Assembly (NCBI GenBank): GCA_964016885.1
Contig: OZ024752.1
Location: 34,782,001 to 34,846,000, forward strand
Length of the DNA stretch: 64,000 nt
Reading direction: 5' to 3'
Source of the DNA: Eledone cirrhosa
Taxonomy: Eukaryota
A model generated the notes under the pieces. That model was not told the DNA's origin, ran no database searches, and saw only the letters and a program-made list of their open reading frames with translations. Shown piece by piece: positions 22,337 to 35,350 of the stretch. A program made the translations under genes and the position numbers. Position 1 is the first letter of the stretch. Each line of letters opens with the position of its first letter.

Positions 22337-25300
22337 ATGACCTCACTCAGAATAGGCAGCATAAATGCGCGTGGCTTGGGGTCGTCATGGAAGCAGGGTC
22401 ACCTGCTCAACGACCTCAGGTCACTAAACATAGATGTAGTGGCCATCAGCGAGACCAGAATCTCCGAAGCACGGGCCTTCGCACCGATCTTCGGCGGCTA
22501 CGATGTGTACGCATCTCCCAGCCGTCCTGGATCCGGTGGAGGAGTTGCTGTACTTTTTCGGAGAGGTTTGGATCTCGCCATACGGGCCATCTTCCTGGAC
22601 CCAGAGGGTAAGCTGGTGGTGCTGGACGTGACCAGCGGAGACGGGCAAGCCTTCAGGCTAGTGGCCGTCTATGCCCCGACAGGAGCAGGGCGGCCTGATT
22701 TCTTCCGGCGTCTGGAGACCTTTCTTGGAACGTCCCGCTCTTTAGTGTTAGTGGGCGACTGGAACGGGATCTTAGATGCACGCTGGGACTGTGTGGGATT
22801 AGCGGATAGGGGTGGAGGGTGCAAGAGCCTCACCAACCTGCTCAGGCGTTTTGAACTGTCTGACAGGTACCGATTGGATTTCCCGAATGTGCCAATGTGG
22901 ACTTGGACAAACCGCATAGGGTCATCCAGATCATATCTAGATAGAGTATTTTGTAGGGAAATAGATAGGTCTAGCATAGGCTGTCCACAATTCAAGATAG
23001 TCAGCTACACGGACCACAAATTCGTGATCTGTGTGCTTGACTTAGATAGGCTTCATAGACGAGGACCCGGCTACTGGAAGCTAAACGCGTCCTTACCAGC
23101 GCGCAAGGCCTACAGAGACCGGATTAGCGAACTAGTTAAGCGGGCGTTGACGGGGGCCATCGTCAACAACAAGTGGTGGTTTGCTCTGAAAAGAGCGATT
23201 AGAATAGAATCGATTAGGTTTAGTAAGGCTTTAGCAATAGAGAAAAATAGAGCAGAGGGAGAACTAGTTAGAAAATTAGACGAGGCGCTTAGCAAAGGCA
23301 TTGCGACCGACGTGCTTGCGGCGAAATTGGCCCTTGACCAATTCTTCAATGCAAAGCACGAAGGCTGCGTTGTCAGAGCTAGGGTGCGTGCTCTCAGACA
23401 CGAGGGGACGAAAGCCGTTCAATGGGCCCGAGTGGCGGAGGCGCGTCGTGGCAACAAAGCCACGATCCGGTCTTTGGTGGACCACGACGGGCGCATGCTA
23501 CTCGATCCCGGGCAAATGTGTGAAACTTTTCAGCGACACTTCGCTCAGCTGTTCGGGGGCAGCGGGGGGCCGGGTAGAGGGATGGACTTTAGTGTCTACC
23601 TCGACGGGCTGCCGCGGCTCTCGGCCACTGAGGCGAGGTGTTGCGAAAAGCCGATAACAGCCGCTGAAGTACGGGAGGCAATGACTGGCTGCACAAGGGG
23701 TAAATCGCCTGGTTTGGATGGTCTGCCCTATGAACTTTACGTACAGATGCCAGACTTGTTCGGAGGCCTCTTGGCGGACGTCTACTGCAACTGGCAACAG
23801 AACGGGAGAATTCCCAGTTCTGTGAGCCGAGGAGCGGTGGCACTGCTGAGAAAGGATCCGAACAAGGGGGATAACATAGACAATTTCCGGCCCATAACTC
23901 TGCTAAACACAGAGTTTAAGATTTTGGCCAAGGTGCTAGCAAAGAGGTTGGCGCTTGTCGTTGGTGGTCTGGTGGGAGAGGCGCAGACATGCGCCATTCC
24001 CGACAGATCCATCCACGACAACCTCCACCTCATGCGATACATCGTAGAGAGGGTAGCTAGGGAACCTGGCACGGGTGGGTCCTTGATCAATTTAGATCAG
24101 TCGAAAGCTTTCGATAGGGTCGACCATCGTTACCTAGCGGCAGTCCTGAGGGCGGCTGGCTTTGGGCCCGTCTTCAGAGGCTGGATCGCTGCCATGCACA
24201 GCGACATCTGCTCTGTGGTGAGAGTGAACGGTCACCTGTCGGAACCGTTCAACATCATGCGCTCGGTCCGCCAAGGATGTCCCCTCTCGTCCCTCTTGTA
24301 CGTATTGACTCTCGAGCCATTACTGCACAAACTGGAGACGTTGAGGGGAGTCCCGCGCGAACTAGGATGCGGAAGATCCGTGTCAGCATATGCGGACGAT
24401 GTCACCGTAGTGGTGTCGAACGCCAAACACATCGAGGCGATCGGCACTACACTAAGAGAATACGAAGCGGTGACAGGAGCAATGATCAACCAGGAAAAGT
24501 CAGTGGGCCTGCAGCTCGGCACCTGGAGAGGCAGGTCCATGCCGTCCAACAGCGTCGTCGGGCGCTGGACGGACGGACCGGTTAAATTGCTAGGGGTCTG
24601 GTTCGGTCCGGACCTCCAGACGGACAAAAACTGGGACGAGGTGACGAGCAGGGTGGCTTCTCTCACCCAGAAATGGGCGGAGAGGAAGCTATCCCTGAAA
24701 GGTCGAGCGGAGGTGGCTAACGCGTACATCGCGTCTGTCATCTGCTACCGCCTAACCGTCGTACCTTGTCCTAAGCCTCGCCTGACTGCGCTGGAGCGTT
24801 TGCTCTTTCGCTTTTTGTGGAAGGGACGTGCTCCGATGGTCAGGCGGTCCATCTGTTGTCAACACCCGCTACGTGGAGGGCTGGGCATGCCGTGGCTGAT
24901 GATGCGCAGGCACGCGCTCAGGCTACGACATCTCCACCTCTTCCTCGACGGTGATCAGGTGTGGTCGCCGTTTGCTAGACGCGTTTTTCCCCAGCTCGTT
25001 TCCTTGACGGAGCTGCAGTCCTGGGTCAAGCGAAGACCGAGAGGGAGCGCCTGGAGACTGGAATGTCTTCAGGCGCTCACAGCCCTCGACCAATCGGGCA
25101 ATGTGATCGGTGGAAACTCCACCTCGGCGTTCTATAGAGGATTAGTGGAGGGGAAGAGCGACGACGTACTTGGGGAAACTCTAGGCGTCGACGAAAATCA
25201 ACTAGCCAATCTCTTCGGAAGAACTTTCGGGCCAGGGCCTATGGACAACTTCCAGAAATCTCTGGCCTGGCAGTGCTACCGAGGAGCCTTGCCAGTTCGG

Positions 25301-25756
25301 GATAAACTCTACAGGCATGGAGGTGCCGTCAGCCGGGCATGTCCGAGATGCGCGCAGGGCGACGAAACCGTCCTGCACGCACTCGTCCAGTGTCCGAAAA
25401 TTGCTGACTTGTGGGTTTATGTCGAACACCTGCTGTCGCGTTTAGGACGGATCCAGCTATCATCTGAGTCCATCGTGAGGATTGCCCCGCCCTCCTCCTT
25501 TAGCCGGGAAGGGCAGGCAGTTTTTATCTGTCTGGTGGCCATGGCGAAAGAGATAGTATGGTGGACACGTTTGAAAGGGCTGAAGACGAGCACTTACCTC
25601 TTCGGTGATGCTCTGATTGACTTTTTCAAATTTCATTTGAAAAGGAAAATCAGAGTAGAGAGGGAAGTGCTCTCTTCCCAGCATTTTGTTGAAAGATGGG
25701 TGAGAGAAGCAAGAATGGCCCGAGTGAATGGGCCGACTCTGAGTATATATCTGTAA
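22337..25756 (+). CDS. ORF2 APE/RT/zf-RVT (1139 aa)
   Basis: All catalytic motifs are intact (GDWN, TDH, YADD) and the protein is collinear with element A ORF2. Confidence 0.97.
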   Translation: MTSLRIGSINARGLGSSWKQGHLLNDLRSLNIDVVAISETRISEARAFAPIFGGYDVYASPSRPGSGGGVAVLFRRGLDLAIRAIFLDPEGKLVVLDVTSGDGQAFRLVAVYAPTGAGRPDFFRRLETFLGTSRSLVLVGDWNGILDARWDCVGLADRGGGCKSLTNLLRRFELSDRYRLDFPNVPMWTWTNRIGSSRSYLDRVFCREIDRSSIGCPQFKIVSYTDHKFVICVLDLDRLHRRGPGYWKLNASLPARKAYRDRISELVKRALTGAIVNNKWWFALKRAIRIESIRFSKALAIEKNRAEGELVRKLDEALSKGIATDVLAAKLALDQFFNAKHEGCVVRARVRALRHEGTKAVQWARVAEARRGNKATIRSLVDHDGRMLLDPGQMCETFQRHFAQLFGGSGGPGRGMDFSVYLDGLPRLSATEARCCEKPITAAEVREAMTGCTRGKSPGLDGLPYELYVQMPDLFGGLLADVYCNWQQNGRIPSSVSRGAVALLRKDPNKGDNIDNFRPITLLNTEFKILAKVLAKRLALVVGGLVGEAQTCAIPDRSIHDNLHLMRYIVERVAREPGTGGSLINLDQSKAFDRVDHRYLAAVLRAAGFGPVFRGWIAAMHSDICSVVRVNGHLSEPFNIMRSVRQGCPLSSLLYVLTLEPLLHKLETLRGVPRELGCGRSVSAYADDVTVVVSNAKHIEAIGTTLREYEAVTGAMINQEKSVGLQLGTWRGRSMPSNSVVGRWTDGPVKLLGVWFGPDLQTDKNWDEVTSRVASLTQKWAERKLSLKGRAEVANAYIASVICYRLTVVPCPKPRLTALERLLFRFLWKGRAPMVRRSICCQHPLRGGLGMPWLMMRRHALRLRHLHLFLDGDQVWSPFARRVFPQLVSLTELQSWVKRRPRGSAWRLECLQALTALDQSGNVIGGNSTSAFYRGLVEGKSDDVLGETLGVDENQLANLFGRTFGPGPMDNFQKSLAWQCYRGALPVRDKLYRHGGAVSRACPRCAQGDETVLHALVQCPKIADLWVYVEHLLSRLGRIQLSSESIVRIAPPSSFSREGQAVFICLVAMAKEIVWWTRLKGLKTSTYLFGDALIDFFKFHLKRKIRVEREVLSSQHFVERWVREARMARVNGPTLSIYL

Positions 25757-26016
25757 ACTAAAGGTGGAAAACTGGGAGAGGGCACTTGCCTTGGTGGTCA
25801 GGGTCATTGTGGCTTTTTACTGGGCTTTCTCCACAAATGTCCCTCCGAAGTCTCCCCCCTATTGGGGAATTTTTCATTGTTATTTTCATTGTTATTTTTG
25901 TTACATCCTCTGTTTTTGTTTTTTTACACGCAGAAATGCCCATTTGTACCGTCCTGCATTGTCCTGCACTGTCCTTAATGTCTACTTTATGTAAACCCTT
26001 GTGGTTAATAAAGAAA

Positions 26017-26060
<44 letters not shown>

Positions 26061-26211
26061 TGATGTCCACTATTTTCCAAGATAATATCTTCAGACATCA
26101 GATTGTGTCGTATTAAGTACATTGAAGAGCCAGAGAGGATATTTCTATAGTATGAATGTCACCGACTGACTACACACGTGTGTATATACTTATATACTAC
26201 GTACTTGTGGC

Positions 26212-27000
26212 TATGTATGTATGTATGTATGTATGTATGTATGTATGTATGTATGTATGTATGTATGTATGTATGTACGTATATTTGTATGTATGTATGT
26301 ACGTATATTTGTATGTATGTATGTATGTACGTATATTTGTATGTATGTATGTACGTATATTTGTATGTATGTATGTATGTATGTATGTACGTATATTTGT
26401 ATGTATGTATGTATGTACGTATATTTGTATGTATGTATGTATGTATATTTGTATGTATGTATGTACGTATATTTGTATGCATGTATGTATGTATGTATGT
26501 ACGTATATTTGTATGTATGTATGTACGTATATTTGTATGCATGTATGTATGTACGTATATTTGTATGCATGTATGTATGTACGTATATTTGTATGTATGT
26601 ATGTACGTATATTTGTATGTATGTATGTATGTACGTATATTTGTATGTATGTATGTACGTATATTTGTATGCATGTATGTATGTACGTATATTTGTATGC
26701 ATGTATGTATTTACGTATATTTGTATGCATGTATGTATGTACGTATATTTGTATGTATGTATGTATGTACGTATATTTGTATGTATGTATGTACGTATAT
26801 TTGTATGTATGTATGTACGTATATTTGTATGTATGTATGTTCGTATATTTGTATGCATGTATGTATGTATGTATGTATGTACGTATATTTGTATCTATGT
26901 ATGTACGTATATTTGTATGTATGTACGTATATTTGTATGCATGTATGTATGTACGTATATTTGCATGCATGTATGTGTCTGTATATGTATGTATATATGT
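26212..27000. repeat. (TATG)n microsatellite with periodic TACGTATATTT interruption
   Basis: Directly visible 20-32 bp units. Confidence 0.95.
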
Positions 27001-27299
27001 ATGTATGCATGTATGTATGTTAATAAGTATGTATGTATGTGTGTATGTATGTATATATATATTTGTATGTTTGTATATATGTCTATATATATATGTTTGT
27101 GTGTGTTTAAGTGAATGTGTGTATATGTGTATGTATTTCTGTCTTTGTGTATGTATGTATTTCTGTGTGTGTTTATGTACGTATTCTGTGTGCGTGCGTA
27201 TGTATTTCTCTGTGTGTGTGTATTTCCGTGTTTCTGTGTATGTGTGTGCATCTGAGTGTATATATTTCTGCATGTGTGTATATATATTTCTCTGTATGT

Positions 27300-30200
27300 A
27301 TGTGTATGTATTTCTGTGTGTATATATGTATGTATTTCAGTATGTATATGTATGTATTTCTGTGTGTATATGTGTATGTATTTCAGTATGTATGTATGTA
27401 TTTCTGTGTATATATGTATATATTTCAGTATGTATATGTATATATTTCTGTGTATGTATATATGTACTCGTATATATTTCAGTATGTATATGTATATATT
27501 TCTGTGCATATATATGTATATATTTCAGTATGTATATGTATACATTTCTGTGTATGTATATGTATTTTTTTTCAGTATGTATATGTATATATTTCTGTGT
27601 ATGTATATGTATATATTTCAGTATGTATATGTATGTATTTCACTATGTATATGTATATATTTCAGTATGTATATGTATATATTTCTATGTGTATATGCAT
27701 ATATTTTTGTATGTATATGTATATATTTCTGTGTATATATGTATATACTTCAGTATGTATATGTATGTATTTCTGTATGCGTATATGTATGCATGTATTT
27801 CTGTATGTGTATATGTATGTATTTCTGTATGTGTATATGTATGCATGTATTTCTGTATGCGTATATGCATGCATGTATTTCTGTATGTGTATATGTATGC
27901 ATGTATTTCTGTATGCGTATATGTATGTATGTATTTCTGTATGCGTATATGTATGTATTTCTGTATGTGTATATGTATGTATGTATTTCTGTATGCGTAT
28001 ATGTATGTATTTCTGTATGTGTATATGTATGCATGTATTTATGTATGCGTATATGTATGTATGTATTTCTGTATGCGTATATGTATGTATGTATTTCTGT
28101 ATGTGTATAAGTATGTATGTATTTCTGTATGCGTATATGTATGTATGTATTTCTGTATGCGTATATGTATGTATGTATTTCTGTATGCGTATATGTATGT
28201 ATGTATTTCTGTATGTGTATATGTATGTATGTATTTCTGTATGTGTATAAGTATGTATGTATTTCTGTATGTGTATATGTATGTATTTCTGTATGTGTAT
28301 ATGTATGTATGTATTTCAGTATGTGTATATGTATGTATGTATTTCTGTATGCGTATATGTATGCATGTATTTCTGTATGCGTATATGTATGTATGTATTT
28401 CTGTATGCGTATATGTATGTATATATTTCTGTATGTCTATATGTATGTATGTATTTCTGTATGCGTATATGTATGTATATATTTCAGTATGTATATATGT
28501 ATGTATGTATTTCTGTATGCGTATATGTATGTATGTATTTCTGTATGTGTATATGTATGTATATATTTCTGTATATGTATAAGTATGTATGTATTTCTGT
28601 ATGCGTATATGTATGCATGTATTTCTGTATGTGTATATGTATGTATGTATTTCTGTATGTGTATATGTATGTATGTATTTCTGTATGTGTATAAGTATGT
28701 ATGTATTTCAGTATGTATATGTATGTATGTATTTCTGTATGTGTATATGTATGTATGTATTTCTGTATGCGTATATGTATGTATGTATTTCTGTATGTGT
28801 ATATGTATGTATGTATTTCTGTATGTGTATATGTATGCATGTATTTCTGTATGTGTATATGTATGTATGTATTTCTGTATGCGTATATGTATGTATGTAT
28901 TTCTGTATGCGTATATGTATGTATGTATTTCTGTATGTGTATATGTATGTATGTATTTCTGTATGTGTATAAGTATGTATGTATTTCTGTATGCGTATAT
29001 GTATGTATGTATTTCTGTATGTGTATATGTATGTATGTATTTCTGTATGCGTATATGTATGTATATATTTCTGTATGCGTATATGTATGTATGTATTTCT
29101 GTATGTGTATATGTATGTATTTCTGTATGTGTATATGTATGTATGTATTTCTGTATGCGTATATGTATGTATGTATTTCTGTATGCGTATATGTATGTAT
29201 GTATTTCTGTATGCGTATATGTATGTATGTATTTCTGTATGTGTATATGTATGTATTTCTGTATGTGTATATGTATGTATGTATTTCTGTATGCGTATAT
29301 GTATGTATGTATTTCTGTATGCGTATATGTATGTATGTATTTCTGTACGTGTAAATGTATGTATTTCTGTATGTGTATATGTATGTATTTCTGTATGTGT
29401 ATAAGTATGTATGTATTTCTGTATGCGTATATGTATGTATGTATTTCTGTATGCGTATATGTATGTATGTATTTCTGTATGTGTATATGTATGTATTTCT
29501 GTATGTGTATATGTATGTATGTATTTCTGTATGCGTATATGTATGCATGTATTTCTGTATGCGTATATGTATGTATTTCTGTATGTGTATAAGTATGTAT
29601 GTATTTCTGTATGTGTATATGTATGTATGTATTTCTGTATGCGTATATGTATGTATATATTTCTGTATGTGTATATGTATGTATGTATTTCTGTATGCGT
29701 ATATGTATGTATATATTTCAGTATGTATATATGTATGTATGTATTTCTGTATGCGTATATGTATGTATGTATTTCTGTATGTGTATAAGTATGTATGTAT
29801 TTCTGTATGTGTATATGTATGTATGTATTTCTGTATGTGTATATGTATGCATGTATTTCTGTATGTGTATATGTATGTATGTATTTCTGTATGTGTATAT
29901 GTATGTATGTATTTCTGTATGTGTATAAGTATGTATGTATTTCAGTATGTATATGTATGTATTTCTGTATGCGTATATGTATGTATGTATTTCTGTATGT
30001 GTATATGTATGCATGTATTTCTGTATGTGTATATGTATGTATGTATTTCTGTATGTGTATAAGTATGTATGTATTTCAGTATGTATATGTATGTATTTCT
30101 GTATGTGTATATGTATGTATGTATTTCTGTATGCGTATATGTATGTATGTATTTCTGTATGTGTATATGTATGCATGTATTTCTGTATGTGTATATGTAT

Positions 30201-33200
30201 GTATGTATTTCTGTATGTGTATATGTATGTATGTATTTCTGTATGTGTATATGTATGCATGTATTTCTGTATGTGTATATGTATGTATGTATTTCTGTAT
30301 GCGTATATGTATGTATGTATTTCTGTATGCGTATATGTATGTATGTATTTCTGTATGTGTATATGTATGTATGTATTTCTGTATGTGTATAAGTATGTAT
30401 GTATTTCTGTATGCGTATATGTATGTATGTATTTCTGTATGCGTATATGTATGTATGTATTTCTGTATGTGTATAAGTATGTATGTATTTCTGTATGTGT
30501 ATATGTATGTATTTCTGTATGTGTATATGTATGCATGTATTTCTGTATGTGTATAAGTATGTATGTATTTCAGTATGTATATATGTATGTATGTATTTCT
30601 GTATGTGTATATGTATGTATGTATTTCTGTATGTGTATAAGTATGTATGTATTTCTGTATGTGTATATGTATGTATTTCTGTATGTGTATATGTATGCAT
30701 GTATTTCTGTATGTGTATAAGTATGTATGTATTTCAGTATGTATATATGTATGTATGTATTTCTGTATGTGTATATGTATGTATGTATTTCTGTATGTGT
30801 ATAAGTATGTATGTATTTCTGTATGCGTATATGTATGTATGTATTTCTGTATGCGTATATGTATGTATGTATTTCTGTATGTGTATAAGTATGTATGTAT
30901 TTCTGTATGTGTATATGTATGTATTTCTGTATGTGTATATGTATGCATGTATTTCTGTATGTGTATAAGTATGTATGTATTTCAGTATGTATATATGTAT
31001 GTATGTATTTCTGTATGTGTATATGTATGTATGTATTTCTGTATGTGTATAAGTATGTATGTATTTCTGTATGTGTATATGTATGTATTTCTGTATGTGT
31101 ATATGTATGCATGTATTTCTGTATGTGTATAAGTATGTATGTATTTCAGTATGTATATATGTATGTATGTATTTCTGTATGTGTATATGTATGTATGTAT
31201 TTCTGTATGTGTATAAGTATGTATGTATTTCTGTATGCGTATAAGTATGTATGTATTTCTGTATGCGTATATGTATGTATGTATTTCTGTATGCGTATAT
31301 GTATGCATGTATTTCTGTATGTATATGTATGTATGTATTTCTGTATGTATATGTATGTATGTATTTCTGTATGTATATGTATATATTTCACTATGTATAT
31401 GTATATATTTCTGTGTATATATGTATATATTTCAGTATGTATATGTATGTATTTCTGTATGTGTATATGTATGTATGTATTTCTGTATGTGTATATGTAT
31501 GTATGTATTTCTGTATGTATATGTATGTATGTATTTCTGTATGTATATGTATATATTTCACTATGTATATGTATATATTTCTGTATGCGTATATGTATGT
31601 ATTTCTGTATGTGTATATGTATGTATTTCTGTATGTGTATATGTATGTATGTATTTCTGTATGTGTATAAGTATGTATGTATTTCTGTATACGTATATGT
31701 ATGTATGTATTTCTGTATGTGTATATGTATGTATTTCTGTATGTGTATATGTATGTATGTATTTCTGTATGTGTATATGTATTTCAGTATGTATATGTAT
31801 GTATGTATTTCTGTATGTGTATATGTATGTATGTATTTCTGTATGTGTATAAGTATGTATGTATTTCTGTATGTGTATATGTATGTATGTATTTCTGTAT
31901 GTGTATATGTATGTATGTATTTCTGTATGTGTATAAGTATGTATGTATTTCTGTATGTGTATATGTATGTATGTATTTCTGTATGTGTATAAGTATGTAT
32001 GTATTTCTGTATGTGTATATGTATGTATGTATTTCTGTATGTGTATATGTATGTATGTATTTCTGTATGTGTATAAGTATGTATGTATTTCTGTATGTGT
32101 ATATGTATGTATGTATTTCTGTATGTGTATAAGTATGTATATATTTCTGTATGTGTATATGTATGTATGTATTTCTATATGCGTATATGTATGTATGTAT
32201 TTCTGTATGTGTATATGTATGTATGTATTTCTGTATGTGTATAAGTATGTATGTATTTCTGTATGTGTATATGTATGTATGTATTTCTGTATGTGTATAA
32301 GTATGTATATATTTCTGTATGTGTATATGTATGTATGTATTTCTATATGCGTATATGTATGTATGTATTTCTGTATGTGTATAAGTATGTATATATTTCT
32401 GTATGTGTATATGTATGTATGTATTTCTATATGCGTATATGTATGTATGTATTTCTATATGTGTATAAGTATGTATATATTTCTGTATGCGTATATGTAT
32501 GCATGTATTTCTGTATGTGTATATGTATGCATGTATTTCTGTATGTGTATATGTATGTATGTATTTCTGTATGTGTATATGTATGCATGTATTTCTGTAT
32601 GTGTATAAGTATGTATGTATTTCAGTATGTATATGTATGTATGTATTTCTGTATATGTATATGTATGTATGTATTTCTGTATGTGTATATGTATGTATGT
32701 ATTTCAGTATGTATATGTATGTATGTATTTCTGTATGTGTATATGTATGTATGTATTTCTGTATGCGTATATGTATGTATGTATTTCTGTATGTGTATAA
32801 GTATGTATGTATTTCAGTATGTATATGTATGTATGTATTTCTGTATATGTATATGTATGTATGTATTTCTGTATATGTATATGTATGTATGTATTTCTAT
32901 ATGCGTATATGTATGTATGTATTTCTGTATGTGTATATGTATGTATGTATTTCTGTATGCGTATATGTATGCATGTATTTCTGTATGTGTATATGTATGT
33001 ATGTATTTCTGTATGTGTATATGTATGCATGTATTTCTGTATGTGTATATGTATGTATGTATTTCTGTATGTGTATATGTATGTATGTATTTCTGTATGT
33101 GTATAAGTATGTATGTATTTCTGTATGTGTATATGTATGTATGTATTTCTGTATGTGTATAAGTATGTATATATTTCTGTATGTGTATATGTATGTATGT

Positions 33201-34570
33201 ATTTCTATATGCGTATATGTATGTATGTATTTCTGTATGTGTATAAGTATGTATATATTTCTGTATGCGTATATGTATGCATGTATTTCTGTATGTGTAT
33301 ATGTATGCATGTATTTCTGTATGTGTATATGTATGTATGTATTTCTGTATGTGTATATGTATGCATGTATTTCTGTATGTGTATAAGTATGTATGTATTT
33401 CAGTATGTATATGTATGTATGTATTTCTGTATATGTATATGTATGTATGTATTTCTGTATGTGTATATGTATGTATGTATTTCAGTATGTATATGTATGT
33501 ATGTATTTCTGTATGTGTATATGTATGTATGTATTTCTGTATGTGTATATGTATGCATGTATTTCTGTATGTGTATATGTATGTATGTATTTCTGTATGT
33601 GTATAAGTATGTATGTATTTCAGTATGTATATGTATGTATGTATTTCTGTATGTGTATATGTATGTATTTCAGTATGTATATGTATGTATGTATTTCTGT
33701 ATGTGTATAAGTATGTATGTATTTCAGTATGTATATGTATGTATGTATTTCTGTATGTGTATATGTATGTATTTCAGTATGTATATGTATGTATGTATTT
33801 CTGTATGTGTATATGTATGTATTTCTGTATGTGTATAAGTATGTATGTATTTCAGTATGTATATGTATGTATGTATTTCTGTATGTGTATAAGTATGTAT
33901 GTATTTCAGTATGTATATGTATGTATGTATTTCTGTATATGTATATGTATGTATGTATTTCTGTATGCGTATATGTATGTATGTATTTCTGTATGTGTAT
34001 AAGTATGTATATATTTCTGTATGCGTATATGTATGCATGTATTTCTGTATGTGTATATGTATGCATGTATTTCTGTATGTGTATATGTATGTATGTATTT
34101 CTGTATGTGTATATGTATGCATGTATTTCTGTATGTGTATAAGTATGTATGTATTTCAGTATGTATATGTATGTATGTATTTCTGTATATGTATATGTAT
34201 GTATATATTTCTGTATGCGTATATGTATGCATGTATTTCTGTATGTGTATATGTATGCATGTATTTCTGTATGTGTATATGTATGTATGTATTTCTGTAT
34301 GTGTATATGTATGCATGTATTTCTGTATGTGTATAAGTATGTATGTATTTCTGTATGTGTATATGTATGTATGTATTTCTGTATGTGTATATGTATGTAT
34401 GTATTTCAGTATTCATATGTATGTATGTATTTCTGTATGTGTATATGTATGTATGTATTTCTGTATGTGTATATGTATGTATGTATTTCTGTATGTGTAT
34501 AAGTATGTATGTATTTCAGTATGTATATGTATGTACGTATTTCTGTATGTGTATATGTATGTATATCTGT
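27300..34570. repeat. About 7 kb minisatellite with a 28-bp unit (ATTTCTGTATGTGTATATGTATGTATGT), variants and higher-order duplications
   Basis: The unit repeats hundreds of times with GCG/AAG/GCA/CAG variants and 24/26-bp forms. Confidence 0.95.
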
Positions 34571-34859
34571 ACGTGTTATCTTTATCTCTACTAAGATCTA
34601 TATGTCCAGAGTGACACCAAGTGCTATATATATTAAAACTGTATTTGTTCGAGTTTATACTTTGGTCATTTAAGGTCACTTTACTGGACACTGGATGGTG
34701 TGGCTAACTGACGCTCTACTTAACATGTCACCCGATTAGATTACATGGTGCTTGTGTTGTTGTTGATGATGTTGCTGTGTGTATTTTTGTTGTCTTTTAT
34801 CGTTGCTGTTGTTGTTGTTGTTGTTGTTGTCTTTTTTTCTTATGATATATTTGATATCA

Positions 34860-35002
34860 CGTAGTCAAAGTATGGCCGAACGGTTAAGAAGTTTGTTTCG
34901 CAATCGTAGGAAGCGGGGTTCGAACTCACTTCGTGCCCTGTTGAGCATGTGTCATTTACCATCATGGTCTCCGGGTGACCCAAAGCTTGAGAATGAATTT
35001 GA
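34860..35002 (+). mobile_element. Degenerate tRNA-derived SINE
   Basis: TGGCCGAACGGTTAAG A-box, TTCGCAAT anticodon-like arm and GGTTCGAAC B-box. Confidence 0.55.
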
Positions 35003-35044
35003 TTAGGTGGATGGATAGATGGATGGGTATATAGATAGATAGAT

Positions 35045-35097
35045 ATGTTTCTATTTATTGCCACGAGGGCGCAAAAGAAGGGGACAAATACAAAGGG
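35045..35097 (-). mobile_element. 3' stub of the GATA-targeting Tx1 family
   Basis: Near-duplicate of the element C 3' terminus, with (GATA)n on both sides. Confidence 0.8.
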
Positions 35098-35350
35098 TAG
35101 ATAGATAGATAGATAGATAAATTTCTATTTATTTGCCACGAGGGCACAAAAGAAGGGGACATTTACACAGTGGGGGAGTTTACATAAATCGAGTAAAGAA
35201 AAAGGAATAACAATAATAATATAACAATAAAAAGTCCTCAAAAGGGAGGGGGCGTGTTGGGGATTGCACATACCCCCGAAAAGTGTGCAACTCTTTTCGC
35301 GGGGGAAGCCCAGAGAGGAGGCGCTCCCCCTTTCCTCTTCACTTCTTCAC

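Larger units (their letters stand above)
19986..26060 (+). mobile_element. Full-length intact Tx1-clade retrotransposon B, in (ATT)n
   Basis: Starts directly after the (ATT)6 of element A and ends AATAAAGAAATC(ATT)14. Confidence 0.93.

Noticed and set aside
14392-25807. Antisense and overlapping ORFs within the Tx1 elements
   Set aside because: Shadow frames of GC-rich coding sequence; their similarity between elements follows from sense-strand conservation.
26156-34614. Long ORFs up to 808 aa (YVCM/HTYI-rich)
   Set aside because: Translations of TATG-based repeats that lack stops by composition; open in many frames with no domain content.
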